A stretch of 64,000 bases of DNA from sequence record MK327931.1; one strand, written 5' to 3'. Shown piece after piece: positions 46,771 to 56,453 of the stretch (positions within the stretch are counted from its first letter, which is position 1; every line of letters begins with the position of its first letter). The notes under the pieces were generated by a model. That model ran no database searches. It worked only from the letters and a program-made list of their open reading frames with translations, and had not been told where the DNA came from. The position numbers were made by a program, and so were the translations under genes.

Positions 46771-48510
46771 TTAAAAAGAATTGCCTAAATTATTAGGGTC
46801 GAAACCACCACTTCCACTCTGTTGCTCTTGGTATTCGGCATCAGCACTTTCCAAATTACCTTCTCCATCAATACCAAGATCCATTCCAGGATCATTTGGA
46901 GCATCAATACCAACAGACTGCAATCCTGCGGAATCTTCTTCACCACCAGAAGGTTGGGAACCATCTTGTGGATTCTCTTGTAACCACATTTGTTCATTCT
47001 TAACAATATCAGCTTTAGAAAAGCCCATTTTTTCAAGAATTGTTTGTTTTGCCATATAAGGCAAGTCATTAAGAGGAAGATATGTATTAATTAGTTTAGC
47101 ATCTAGTTCAGCTTTACGATAAGAAGCTAAGTTAATAGGTGGATTCATAATAACTTCAAAAGATGAAGTACTAATGTTATATCCATTTTTAACCATAAAT
47201 CTTTTGAATTCAGCATCAAAATGTTTTGCAACTAAACGTTGATAACGCATACATTGATTATTGAATCGCAATTCACTTGCCATAGCTTGTGTAGCACCAT
47301 CACCAAATAATGAAACACCACCATCATCTGGACCTTGTGGTAGATATGAAGCTGGTATTTGAAGACCACGAATCAATTTATTATTGAAATAACGTAAGTC
47401 ATCAATTTGTCCTAAGTTATCACCGCCTGGTAATGTTTGAACATCTGAACCACGACCTTCAGAAGTTTGTGGGAAAAAGTAGTCTTCTAAAATGCTTAAT
47501 GGATTATACGCTGCATCCATTAGTGAAGTACTTCCACCTTTGTTTGAAGGTATTCTACGCTGGTGGATTTCATTTTTAAATCTTTCAACATAAGCCATCG
47601 CTTGGTGTGCTTGCATATCACCAACATCAATTTTAAATACACGACGCTCAGGTGCACGTTGTACACGATAAATTATGATACTATCTTCCAGAAGTTCTTT
47701 TTGCTTATAGACTTTAAATACGTCCTCAAGTATACTAGTACCAAAAGGCCATACCCCATCTTGTCCTGTATTTAGTGTTAGATGAATTACGTGTTCTGCA
47801 CCAACAGGAATAACGTCTAATTGACCGTTAGTACTGAATGGGTCAGCCGTATTTCCTTGACTTGTAAAACCAGATGCACCACCAGCAGCTACTGAACCAC
47901 CACCACCCATTGTTGTTGGAATAGCTCCTGGATAAGCGGTTTTATCAAATCCTACTTGAAGGTTACTAAAAACTTTATCTTTCAAATTTAATGATACGTC
48001 ACGTATATAATAAATTACTGGTGTTTTACCAGTGGCTTCGTTAACAAATACTTGCTCAACATTTTTGGGACTTACCCAATACCAATCGAATGTTTCTGGA
48101 TCTCGAATGAAAAATTGATCACCATATTTCAGAAGACCACGCACAATTTCATACATTCGTGTTTTAAAATCATTTTGTTCAGTCCATGCATCTAAACGAT
48201 CTTCAATAGTCGTTACTTCAGTATCACCAATATCATCTTTATATTTGATTTTATATGGTAAACCAAAATCTTCAGTACTTTGAGTACAAAAGTCAGCAAT
48301 TATATTCAATGCAGTTCTAATTTCAGGATCTTGGTCCATTTGCTCATACTGACTATAACGCTCAGTACGATTTGCCAATCCATTATATACAACAGGAAGA
48401 TAGGAAGCGAAATTTGTTTTCGTTCCTGTTGATTTATTGCTATTACTGGACTGATTTGGGATGGTCGATAGTTTAGACCTTCCCACTGTCATATGTCGTT
48501 TCCAACTCAT
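46771..48510 (-). CDS. gp20: Portal protein
   Basis: Y.QM.QDPEI..AL, LEDSIIIYRVQRAPERRVFKIDVG, EDYFFP...GRGS.V.TLPGG.NLGQIDD. Confidence 0.98.
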   Translation of the reverse strand: MSWKRHMTVGRSKLSTIPNQSSNSNKSTGTKTNFASYLPVVYNGLANRTERYSQYEQMDQDPEIRTALNIIADFCTQSTEDFGLPYKIKYKDDIGDTEVTTIEDRLDAWTEQNDFKTRMYEIVRGLLKYGDQFFIRDPETFDWYWVSPKNVEQVFVNEATGKTPVIYYIRDVSLNLKDKVFSNLQVGFDKTAYPGAIPTTMGGGGSVAAGGASGFTSQGNTADPFSTNGQLDVIPVGAEHVIHLTLNTGQDGVWPFGTSILEDVFKVYKQKELLEDSIIIYRVQRAPERRVFKIDVGDMQAHQAMAYVERFKNEIHQRRIPSNKGGSTSLMDAAYNPLSILEDYFFPQTSEGRGSDVQTLPGGDNLGQIDDLRYFNNKLIRGLQIPASYLPQGPDDGGVSLFGDGATQAMASELRFNNQCMRYQRLVAKHFDAEFKRFMVKNGYNISTSSFEVIMNPPINLASYRKAELDAKLINTYLPLNDLPYMAKQTILEKMGFSKADIVKNEQMWLQENPQDGSQPSGGEEDSAGLQSVGIDAPNDPGMDLGIDGEGNLESADAEYQEQQSGSGGFDPNNLGNSF

Positions 48511-48521
48511 TATTTTCGTCC

Positions 48522-50726
48522 TTAACTGTTTCTCTCACCTTGAGTGTTTTCAGAGATAGTTCTTAGATAGTTATTTGTCTGTTGCACAGCAGATAGAGAT
48601 TGCTCATTAACATCAGCAAGTTTTTTAAGTAACTCTTTCATGTCTTCTGATATTGTGGCATTATTATTAGCATTTGCCATACTACTACCACTATTTATCA
48701 TCGCTTTCATGGACTCATAATCGTCCGGTTCAGCTTGAATTGGTAGATCATTTGGTCCCCATGCTGATTTGTCAAATGTTTTTGGAGTTATCGTTACATA
48801 TGGTGCAACATGTTCAGATTTTTCAATTCTCGCAGTAGCTCTTGGCTTATTTTCAAGACCACTACTAATAAGTTTTTCAGCAACTGATTCATCAAGGGGT
48901 TTTGGTTGTTTAAAGTTTCTACTTGAATTCCATTTTAAAAAACCATCAAATGAACTAGAAATATAATCACCAAATGAATTCATTTTTTCTTCAAAATAAT
49001 TATTAACTTTTTCTGCACCATCGGTAACAGAATTGTTTTCTACTTTTACTTTGTCGTCTGAACCACCAAACCAACCTTTAACAGAATCCCAAAGTTTACC
49101 AGGAAGATCCATTAGGTTATTCATAAAGCTATCAAATGCTTCTGAAACTTTATTATATCCACTACCAAAAATTTCAGTACCTAACCCTTCTAACCACTGC
49201 TCAAACTCACCACCAATCCTATCCAAATACGCAACTGCATCTTTCGCAATAGGAACCAAACCAAAACCATCAAGTGCTAACTCTCCGATAAATTCCCATG
49301 CACCATCAGTACGGTCTGCAATATCAGTAAGGTAATCCGCAATAGAATTTTGTGTATCTGCATACATTTTATTAAATGGTTCAGTAAATTCTTTACTAAT
49401 CCATCTATTGAATCTATCCGTGAATTGTGTTAGTTTATCTGCTGGTTGACTCTTAGGATCATTAATCGCAGCTTCCATATCAAGTAGCTGTTGGTTGAAG
49501 GTTGCTGCTGTAGTGTTTCCTAATTGTATCTGATTTAATAAATCTTGCTTTATTAGTTCTTTGTTCTTTTTAACAAATTCCAATTGTTGACGGCGAATTT
49601 CTTGTGAATCAGTAACACCACTACGTACCAAGTTCTCACCTAAATCAGCAAATTGGTTCAGTACTGGAGTCAATAAATCATCTGGTACTCCACCAATAGT
49701 TAAACGATGTGAAATTAAACGTAGAAAATCTGCACCAGCATCACCCATACTGGCAGCCGCTTCGTTAAATGCTTTTGATGTTGCAACTGCTGCTTTACTA
49801 GATAATCCAGAATAGTTTTGTAATGCGATTTGCATTGAACGTGTGTCTAATGATTTATCTAAGTTTTGTGTTTTATTTAATAGTGCATCAACTGACTCAC
49901 CCATGCTTTTACTGAACTTAGTCATGCTCATGATAAACTGTTCAGTACTTTTTGCTTGATCCATACTACGTAACATTTCTCTTCCACCAAATTGCTTTTG
50001 GAATTTAATATTACGTGCAGTTAAATCAGTTAATGTTTTTTGTGAAACACCATATAAACCTAATTGATTTTGTGCTTGTTGCACAGTACCCAATAATTTA
50101 CCAAATGTAGAAACACCATCACCATATGCACCATCTAATTGTGCAACAACGGCACTATGAGTTTGTAATGCTTCACCAAATGCATCAATACTCATCATTG
50201 ATGCACCAGCACCTTTTAATATGGAGCCGTAACCTTCAGATAGAGCGACACCAGCACTGTTTATTCTATTATAAACTTCAAGCTGTGCATTTAACACATT
50301 ATAAACTGCTAAACCAGCGTCAGCAACCAATTTGAAGGCAGATGCTGCTGCACCAACTGGACCTGGGATCATTGCTAATGAACCAGCAAATGAAGATGCA
50401 CTCATTCCTAGTGAGTTTACAACATTGCTAACGTTTGCAGACGTACTCATCATAGTTTTGCCGACATTCGATACTTCAGATGATAATGATTTAAATATTT
50501 TTCCAAATTCTTTACCATCATCAGCTTTGTTATTTGTTCGAGAGCCACGGTTTCCAGTACTTGATGAATTACTTCCATTACGTTTTCCACTTTTAGAACC
50601 GGATTTCTTTCTATCATTTTTTATATTTTCAGCCAATAACTCACGTATAGCACTCAAACTATCGTTGTTATCTTTAGTTTGATTAACCAACTGCTGGAGT
50701 AGGTAATCACTTGTATTTCCAGCCAT
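48522..50726 (-). CDS. Tape-measure/baseplate hub-like protein (gp29-like)
   Basis: 734 aa, helical Ala/Gly/Ser-rich, W/F periodicity in the C-terminal third. Confidence 0.5.
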   Translation of the reverse strand: MAGNTSDYLLQQLVNQTKDNNDSLSAIRELLAENIKNDRKKSGSKSGKRNGSNSSSTGNRGSRTNNKADDGKEFGKIFKSLSSEVSNVGKTMMSTSANVSNVVNSLGMSASSFAGSLAMIPGPVGAAASAFKLVADAGLAVYNVLNAQLEVYNRINSAGVALSEGYGSILKGAGASMMSIDAFGEALQTHSAVVAQLDGAYGDGVSTFGKLLGTVQQAQNQLGLYGVSQKTLTDLTARNIKFQKQFGGREMLRSMDQAKSTEQFIMSMTKFSKSMGESVDALLNKTQNLDKSLDTRSMQIALQNYSGLSSKAAVATSKAFNEAAASMGDAGADFLRLISHRLTIGGVPDDLLTPVLNQFADLGENLVRSGVTDSQEIRRQQLEFVKKNKELIKQDLLNQIQLGNTTAATFNQQLLDMEAAINDPKSQPADKLTQFTDRFNRWISKEFTEPFNKMYADTQNSIADYLTDIADRTDGAWEFIGELALDGFGLVPIAKDAVAYLDRIGGEFEQWLEGLGTEIFGSGYNKVSEAFDSFMNNLMDLPGKLWDSVKGWFGGSDDKVKVENNSVTDGAEKVNNYFEEKMNSFGDYISSSFDGFLKWNSSRNFKQPKPLDESVAEKLISSGLENKPRATARIEKSEHVAPYVTITPKTFDKSAWGPNDLPIQAEPDDYESMKAMINSGSSMANANNNATISEDMKELLKKLADVNEQSLSAVQQTNNYLRTISENTQGERNS

Positions 50727-50814
50727 AACATTCCCTTTTAATAGATGTATTATAGAAATATTTATGAAACTATAGAGAATATAAAAATTAGTTTAATTTA
50801 ATCTTTTTTGGTCT

Positions 50815-50822
50815 TATAAATA
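50815..50822 (+). promoter_or_regulatory. T4-type late promoter TATAAATA
   Basis: Exact consensus upstream of the gp26-like gene. Confidence 0.75.
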
Positions 50823-50856
50823 CTAAAACACATTTATTACATGGAGATTTAATAAA

Positions 50857-51693
50857 ATGGCTATGAATCCACTTGCTAAGTACACTAAAATTGAAGAGAT
50901 CAGTACTAAGTTAGTTACAAACGGCGTTATTCCTTATAAAGAAGGAGTTCTAGGTCCAAAAGGTGTCAAATGTGGAGTTTGTGCACGTAGTGCACGTGAT
51001 GAAATGACACTTAATACCCCCGATATGTTACTAAACGGAGATGCAGTATCCCGTGTTATTGAAAACTGTGTTCCTAATGTAATTGACGCTGATGAGTTGT
51101 ATGTAAATGACGTTGAAATGCTTCTTATTGCTATTAAAGTTGCTTCCAAAGAAGAAACATATGATATTAACGTTGTATGTCCTGAATGTGAAAAAGAAGG
51201 TCGATTTGAGCGTAATCTATCATATCTTCTTGAAACTGCACAAGCATTTGAAGAAATCCCATCAATTGATTTAGATAATGGACTCCGTTTAGAATTTAGA
51301 CCACTGACATGGAAAGAATATTCATCGTTTGCTGAACGCATGTTCAGTGAGCAGCAGAAGACTAAGTTTCTTGAAACTGCTGATATTGATAAAGATGAAA
51401 AAGTAAAAATATTTTCTGAAGTATTTGAAAACATGGCTCAACTTAACTTCGACATGATCGGTGGAGTTATTGCAAAAATTATAACACCAGATGGTGATGA
51501 AGTAGTTGAAAAAGAATTTATTAATGAATGGCTTGGACAACAATCGAAGGGAGTACTTAAACTAATTCGTGAAAAAATGGATGAAGTACTTGAAATTGGA
51601 GTATCACATAGTATGGAAGTAGAATGTGATGGATGTAATCATCAATGGGAAATTGATGGACTAAAATATGATCCTAGTCATTTTTTCGAGTAA
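50857..51693 (+). CDS. gp26: Baseplate hub assembly protein (gp26-like)
   Basis: NPL..Y, TARDE..L.TPD.LLNG, D.E.LL.AIK.AS, CPEC, C..C zinc motifs. Confidence 0.75.
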   Translation: MAMNPLAKYTKIEEISTKLVTNGVIPYKEGVLGPKGVKCGVCARSARDEMTLNTPDMLLNGDAVSRVIENCVPNVIDADELYVNDVEMLLIAIKVASKEETYDINVVCPECEKEGRFERNLSYLLETAQAFEEIPSIDLDNGLRLEFRPLTWKEYSSFAERMFSEQQKTKFLETADIDKDEKVKIFSEVFENMAQLNFDMIGGVIAKIITPDGDEVVEKEFINEWLGQQSKGVLKLIREKMDEVLEIGVSHSMEVECDGCNHQWEIDGLKYDPSHFFE

Positions 51694-51902
51694 TGCTTCT
51701 CCAGTCATCTCCTGAAGAAATACAAGAAGTACTGAAGGAGATAGAACTGAATAAGTCAGAAATCAAAAATGCACTAATGGAATGTTCTGTATATATGGAT
51801 AACATTGACTATGGAACACTCCTTAATATGCCATTAATAGATAGAGACTTATTAGTTAAGTCTTTTAATAAAAAAATTAAAAAACAAAACGAGAAGCACT
51901 AA
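51693..51902 (+). CDS. Baseplate hub assembly catalyst (gp51-like)
   Basis: 69 aa coupled to gp26; Y..LLNMPL.DRD motif. Confidence 0.55.
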   Translation: MLLQSSPEEIQEVLKEIELNKSEIKNALMECSVYMDNIDYGTLLNMPLIDRDLLVKSFNKKIKKQNEKH

Positions 51903-51911
51903 TTTTCATAT

Positions 51912-51938
51912 AGCCAGCACATTGTTGCTGGTTTTTTT
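51912..51938 (+). terminator. Intrinsic terminator
   Basis: GCCAGCA-cattgt-TGCTGGT-TTTTTT. Confidence 0.8.
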
Positions 51939-52157
51939 GGTTTTAAACTACAGAATTATTTGAATTGAATTATGAAAGGATTAATTTTAATATTATTGGA
52001 TTCATCTAACTCATTTCATTCGTTAGCTGAAGAATATTCGTTACTACGTAACTCATATTCATTTAATTAAATTAATTATAAAGAACTTTAAAAGATTTAA
52101 TACTTGACGGGATTTGTTGAGGACATTTTCATCCCCCCGCAGGGGAATGAAGACAAT

Positions 52158-52611
52158 AAAAAAGAGACAATGAAGTCTCTATTTCTTGACGCTGATGGTT
52201 TCAGCATTTATTGTATTGCGAATTTCTTAAAAATATATTAAGAACGAAAGCGGGTTGCTCTGTTTCTCTCTATCGCAGTCATGTGCAACGGTCGTCAGTC
52301 TTAATCATCCTGACACTCACCTGAAAGTCTATACAATCAAACTTCAGGCTGTTTATTAAAATCACTTAATAAACTCCCTTAGCAAATCTGGTAAGGTGCG
52401 ATCCTTATATGTCTATCGAGGAACTCTCTGTATGCTTATCGGAGTTCTTTATTGAGCCGCATTGCCGTGAGGGGTTCAAACTATGCCCACATCTAACGGG
52501 TTTCTTTTGCTCATCGCACTGTTGAACTGCTCATCTGCCATCTACATTTTCGATAGGATCAGGTTCTAATTTATATGCATTTCTGCATTCAACAGGATTG
52601 TCATTACTACA
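52158..52611 (-). ncRNA. Candidate ~450-nt structured non-coding RNA
   Basis: Class promoter at 52618-52645, terminator GAGAC-ttcatt-GTCTC-TTTTTT at 52158-52179, no ORF of 60 aa or more, visibly higher GC, about ten stems including UGCA-GAAA-UGCA. Confidence 0.55.
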
Positions 52612-52617
52612 ACAAAC

Positions 52618-52645
52618 ATTATAGCACAAACTTTAAAGTTGTCTC
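52618..52645 (-). promoter_or_regulatory. Phage middle-like promoter (GAGACA-N16-TATAAT) pointing into the non-coding gap
   Basis: tgagacaactttaaagtttgtgctataat. Confidence 0.78.
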
Positions 52646-52699
52646 ACTATTTTTATAAAAATATTCATTAAGTACTTAAAATATTGCAAATAACTAATC

Positions 52700-52707
52700 T
52701 ATAAATA
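52700..52707 (+). promoter_or_regulatory. T4-type late promoter TATAAATA
   Basis: Exact consensus 30 nt upstream of gp49. Confidence 0.72.
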
Positions 52708-52737
52708 TTTTGATAACAAATAGTTTGGTGAGGAATT

Positions 52738-53229
52738 ATGAAAAAAAGATTAAAAGATAGTAAGGATGCTGCAAACTATCGAAACGAATTACTAAAGAAA
52801 CAAAATGGAATAGATCCTATAATTAAAGAACCAATAACTAAACCAGTACTGGATCACTACCACTATGGTAACCAACATTGTAGACAAGTTCTTCAAAATG
52901 AAGTCAATGCTTGGGAAGGAAAGGTACAAAACAGCTTCAATCGATATATGAAGCACTTAACTGATAAACCATTATATGAGGTACTCAGAAATCTTGCTGA
53001 TTACTTAGAGCGTAATAACAGCATTCCTGACGATGAACAAGTTATACATCACACTGCACTAACTGTGGATGTTAATAAGTTTAAAAGGCTTCCAGCAACA
53101 CAGCAAAACGCGATTCTGGAAGGGTTAGGAGTTGTCCCTGGTAGTAACACTACTGCTCGTGTAAAGCAAGCCAGAAAGCTGATTAAGGACGGTAAATTAA
53201 ATATGGTTGATATAAAAAAAGGGAGCTAA
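52738..53229 (+). CDS. gp49: Endonuclease VII (Holliday-junction resolvase), Zn ligands absent
   Basis: KQNG...VLDHYH...R.VL...NAWEGK...FNR...L.NL.DYL aligns over the full length with T4 EndoVII. Confidence 0.88.
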   Translation: MKKRLKDSKDAANYRNELLKKQNGIDPIIKEPITKPVLDHYHYGNQHCRQVLQNEVNAWEGKVQNSFNRYMKHLTDKPLYEVLRNLADYLERNNSIPDDEQVIHHTALTVDVNKFKRLPATQQNAILEGLGVVPGSNTTARVKQARKLIKDGKLNMVDIKKGS

Positions 53230-53240
53230 GGCTCCCTTTA
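53214..53240. terminator. Bidirectional intrinsic terminator
   Basis: AAAAAAAGGGAGC-taag-GCTCCCTTTA between convergent gp49 and gp46. Confidence 0.75.
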
Positions 53241-53247
53241 TCTTTAA

Positions 53248-55395
53248 TTAGAAAACATCGTCAAGGGTTGCATATTCAACAGTACTGAAACCGTCCTCTT
53301 TAACAACTTTGAGGATTTTTTCAGTCTTAGATAGTAACTCTTCTCTGTGGGAAATAGCATAAACGTTCTTACCACGTACAGCAGCCATATCTTGGAAGAT
53401 AGACCACACACGTAGAACACCACTTGAGTCAAGACCTTGGTCAATCATCTCATCAATGATAAGAATATTAATACTTTGGTATAATGACTCATATGTATCA
53501 CGGAAAGCACAAGATAATGCGATGTTTACCCTTGTACGCTCACCTCTACTAAGCTGTTTATAGTCAAAGTACTGTCCACTCTTCTCAATTTCAACACTCA
53601 AATCATTCAAAAACACAACATTATGCTCAGAACCGCACATATCGATATAGTACTGAAGTCGTGTATTCAAATATGATATATTTTGCTCAATAATACGTTT
53701 ACGGACATAAGAATCCTTGTTTAAAAGTAATTTAACCAAGAAATCTTGGTGATTTGACATTTTATCAAGATTATTATAGTCGCTATAATCAATTGGTACT
53801 AAAGAATCAGTCTTCAGGGTATTAATTTGGCTAATAAATGTGTTAGTAGTCTTCAATTCACGATCTAATTGCTGTGATAATGAATTTACAGTCATTTCTA
53901 ACTCTTTAACTTCATATTTGTTTAATGTATCTGGAACTTCCATTAGTTCATATGAGTTAAGTTCATCATATGATGACATAAGTTCATTTGCATAGATGTT
54001 TATTTGTTCTTCTTCACTCTTTCTGACCAATTCTTGAAGCTTATGTTCATGCATTTGTGCTTCTGAAAGTGTATTATAATATGTCACAGGCTTAGGTGGC
54101 ATATCAAAAATCTCAATACTATCAATTTCTTGAAGTAATGTTTCAATTTCAGAAGAAGAACTATCAATTTTAGCTTGAAGATCATTAATAGTACTTTGGA
54201 TTTTGTCTTTAATTGAAGAAGTATGTTCGTTATGTTCCAATTCAGACATACAAAGTGGACATTTGCTGTTTTCAACTGTTGATAATTTGTCAATTTCAGC
54301 ATTAATTGAACATTCATATCCTTTTAAAGCTATTTTTAGTGAGTTTAGTTTTTGTTCTTTGAAACGTTTTTGGTTATTATTCTCTTTTAGAATACCCTCT
54401 AACTGTTTCCATATCTCCAACTCATTATGATTTTCCAATTCTGCACTAATATCAATAGTTTTTAGCTTATCAATGCTTAGATTTAATGCTCTTTTAGATC
54501 TTTCAAGTTCACGGTCATATGCATCAAATTTTAAAGCCAACTCTTGTACACGGCGTTCGATTTCACCACGCTTTGCGTTATGAATAAGAGCTTTCTCTTT
54601 TATGTCCGCAGCTTCATAGAGGTCATTAAAGTCTAAAGTTTTATATATATTCAACTCTTCATTTAACTTATATACTCTATTATTTTTATCAATTTCAAAC
54701 TGGTTTGCCTGTTCTTGTAGTGCCTCAATACTTTTTTGAATACGTTCATTACTTGCAGCTACAGTTTCATTTTTGAACTTTTCTTGTTCGGCTAAACGTT
54801 TAGTATCCTTATACATCTCCTTTAGCATTTCAGCTTTTTCCGTCAACTGTGTTATTCCAAGAAGTTCTTCTATCATATCACGTTGTTTTTGTGTGGATAA
54901 AGCTAAGAAAGGTTCAACGTTAGCATTCAGTACTACAATATGTTCAAATAATAATTGAGATATACCAAGAATTTCATTCAAATCTTCTTGTGTGTCTTTC
55001 TTTTCTCCCCTTGATTCATCTTCAATTTTATTATCTTTCCCTAAAGTAACAAAATTGAAATACGTGGGACTTCTCCCACGTTCAACCAGATATTGTACAC
55101 CATCTTTTTCAAACTCTACAACTACTTCACAATTTTTTCCATTAGTTTTATTGACTAGGTTAGGAATTTTAATATCGTTACCAATACTTTTACCAAATAA
55201 TCCAAAAACTAATCCTTGAATAATAGCACTTTTCCCTACACCATTTCGACGTCCGGTACTGTCACCACCTTCAATAACTGCATCATTATTTTGACCCAGT
55301 ACTAATGAAATGTCGGAACCATTCAAGTCAATTGATTGTGGTGCATTACCAAATGAAAAGAAGTTCCTCATAGATATACGTGTAATGTTTAGCAT
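53248..55395 (-). CDS. gp46: Rad50/SbcC-like recombination ATPase
   Basis: RNFFSFGN, NGVGKS, CPLC zinc hook, LSRGE signature, LIIDEMID..LD. Confidence 0.96.
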   Translation of the reverse strand: MLNITRISMRNFFSFGNAPQSIDLNGSDISLVLGQNNDAVIEGGDSTGRRNGVGKSAIIQGLVFGLFGKSIGNDIKIPNLVNKTNGKNCEVVVEFEKDGVQYLVERGRSPTYFNFVTLGKDNKIEDESRGEKKDTQEDLNEILGISQLLFEHIVVLNANVEPFLALSTQKQRDMIEELLGITQLTEKAEMLKEMYKDTKRLAEQEKFKNETVAASNERIQKSIEALQEQANQFEIDKNNRVYKLNEELNIYKTLDFNDLYEAADIKEKALIHNAKRGEIERRVQELALKFDAYDRELERSKRALNLSIDKLKTIDISAELENHNELEIWKQLEGILKENNNQKRFKEQKLNSLKIALKGYECSINAEIDKLSTVENSKCPLCMSELEHNEHTSSIKDKIQSTINDLQAKIDSSSSEIETLLQEIDSIEIFDMPPKPVTYYNTLSEAQMHEHKLQELVRKSEEEQINIYANELMSSYDELNSYELMEVPDTLNKYEVKELEMTVNSLSQQLDRELKTTNTFISQINTLKTDSLVPIDYSDYNNLDKMSNHQDFLVKLLLNKDSYVRKRIIEQNISYLNTRLQYYIDMCGSEHNVVFLNDLSVEIEKSGQYFDYKQLSRGERTRVNIALSCAFRDTYESLYQSINILIIDEMIDQGLDSSGVLRVWSIFQDMAAVRGKNVYAISHREELLSKTEKILKVVKEDGFSTVEYATLDDVF

Positions 55396-55403
55396 ATAGT
55401 CCC

Positions 55404-56453
55404 TTATAACGATCTGTAAATTTGGATTAGAAGATTTTTATCAAACATTGGTGAATCAATTTCCATAATTTGCTGCAAAACTATCTCATCAACTGATTCA
55501 GTACTTTCAAAACTAACACCATCTTCGATTAATTCTGAAATACTTTGCTTGCTTGTCACAACATTAAACTCTCTAATGTTATAAAGTTTAGTAAATGTAT
55601 CACGAATAAAACTAATCTCATCAGTTGTTATTGATATATCAACTTGAACTTTTGATATTGTGTTATCTTGTAGATAATAGCTTGGATCAGTCAACAATTC
55701 AGAAAGTGTGAATGTTCTATATTTTGGTGCATTATCCCATGACTTGAAAATAGGTTCTTTGCCATGTTCAAGAATCATCACACCTCTTGCATCATCCCAT
55801 GTATCGGAAAAATTATGTGGAAAACAATTACCAGTATAAACTACACGAGTTCCTTTTGAAGTTGTTTTTGACTGTCGTTTATGAAAATGTCCACTAAAAA
55901 CATACTCACATCCACCAAAAGAACCTTCTGTTTCTTTTCCATGATCAGGCATTTCTACCATCTTGTTAAGCAAGTAACCTGGTAACTCTAAGTGACCAAA
56001 AACATACTTACTTTTTAGTTGAGGTAACAACTTATATTCATCTTCAATCATAAATGGAATGAAAGTACAATCATCAAAGGTTGTAATTTCATTAATGAAT
56101 TCTATATTTTCATAAACTTGAGCCATATTGATACTTGTTATATCACGTTTGTTTTTATGATACATATCATGGTTGCCGACTAAAAAATATACTTTTTCAA
56201 AATTATCATTTAATAATTGAAGAATTTGTAAACCATAGTTTAGTGTTTGAATATTGATATTACTTCTATTATGAAAATAATCTCCCATAAAAACACAAAC
56301 TTTGATATTATTTTTTTTAGCTACATCAATCATGAATTTAATGAAGTTTAAACAATCTTCATTGTGTTGCTTGCTGTTATTCTTTAAACCTAAGTGAATA
56401 TCAGTGAATGTAATTGCTTTATCAAACAGAGCCATCTTCATTTTTCCTTTCAA
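55404..56453 (-). CDS. gp47: Mre11/SbcD-like nuclease (probable start 56435)
   Basis: TDIHLG, GDYFH, VGNHD, GHLE, SGHFH. Confidence 0.96.
   Translation of the reverse strand: MKGKMKMALFDKAITFTDIHLGLKNNSKQHNEDCLNFIKFMIDVAKKNNIKVCVFMGDYFHNRSNINIQTLNYGLQILQLLNDNFEKVYFLVGNHDMYHKNKRDITSINMAQVYENIEFINEITTFDDCTFIPFMIEDEYKLLPQLKSKYVFGHLELPGYLLNKMVEMPDHGKETEGSFGGCEYVFSGHFHKRQSKTTSKGTRVVYTGNCFPHNFSDTWDDARGVMILEHGKEPIFKSWDNAPKYRTFTLSELLTDPSYYLQDNTISKVQVDISITTDEISFIRDTFTKLYNIREFNVVTSKQSISELIEDGVSFESTESVDEIVLQQIMEIDSPMFDKNLLIQIYRSL

Noticed and set aside
51972-52070. 32-codon plus-strand ORF MKGLILILLDSS...
   Set aside because: No SD, lies downstream of a terminator with no promoter; expected by chance in AT-rich DNA.
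52158-52611. tmRNA, RNase P RNA, tRNA cluster, or group I/II intron identity for the non-coding transcript
   Set aside because: No GGGGC...CCACCA ends, no GAGGAAAGUCC, no T-loop GTTCRA cloverleaf, no P7 GACUA/UAGUC pair, no domain V, and no flanking split gene. A GCAGTTCAAC resemblance to the group I R element is incomplete.
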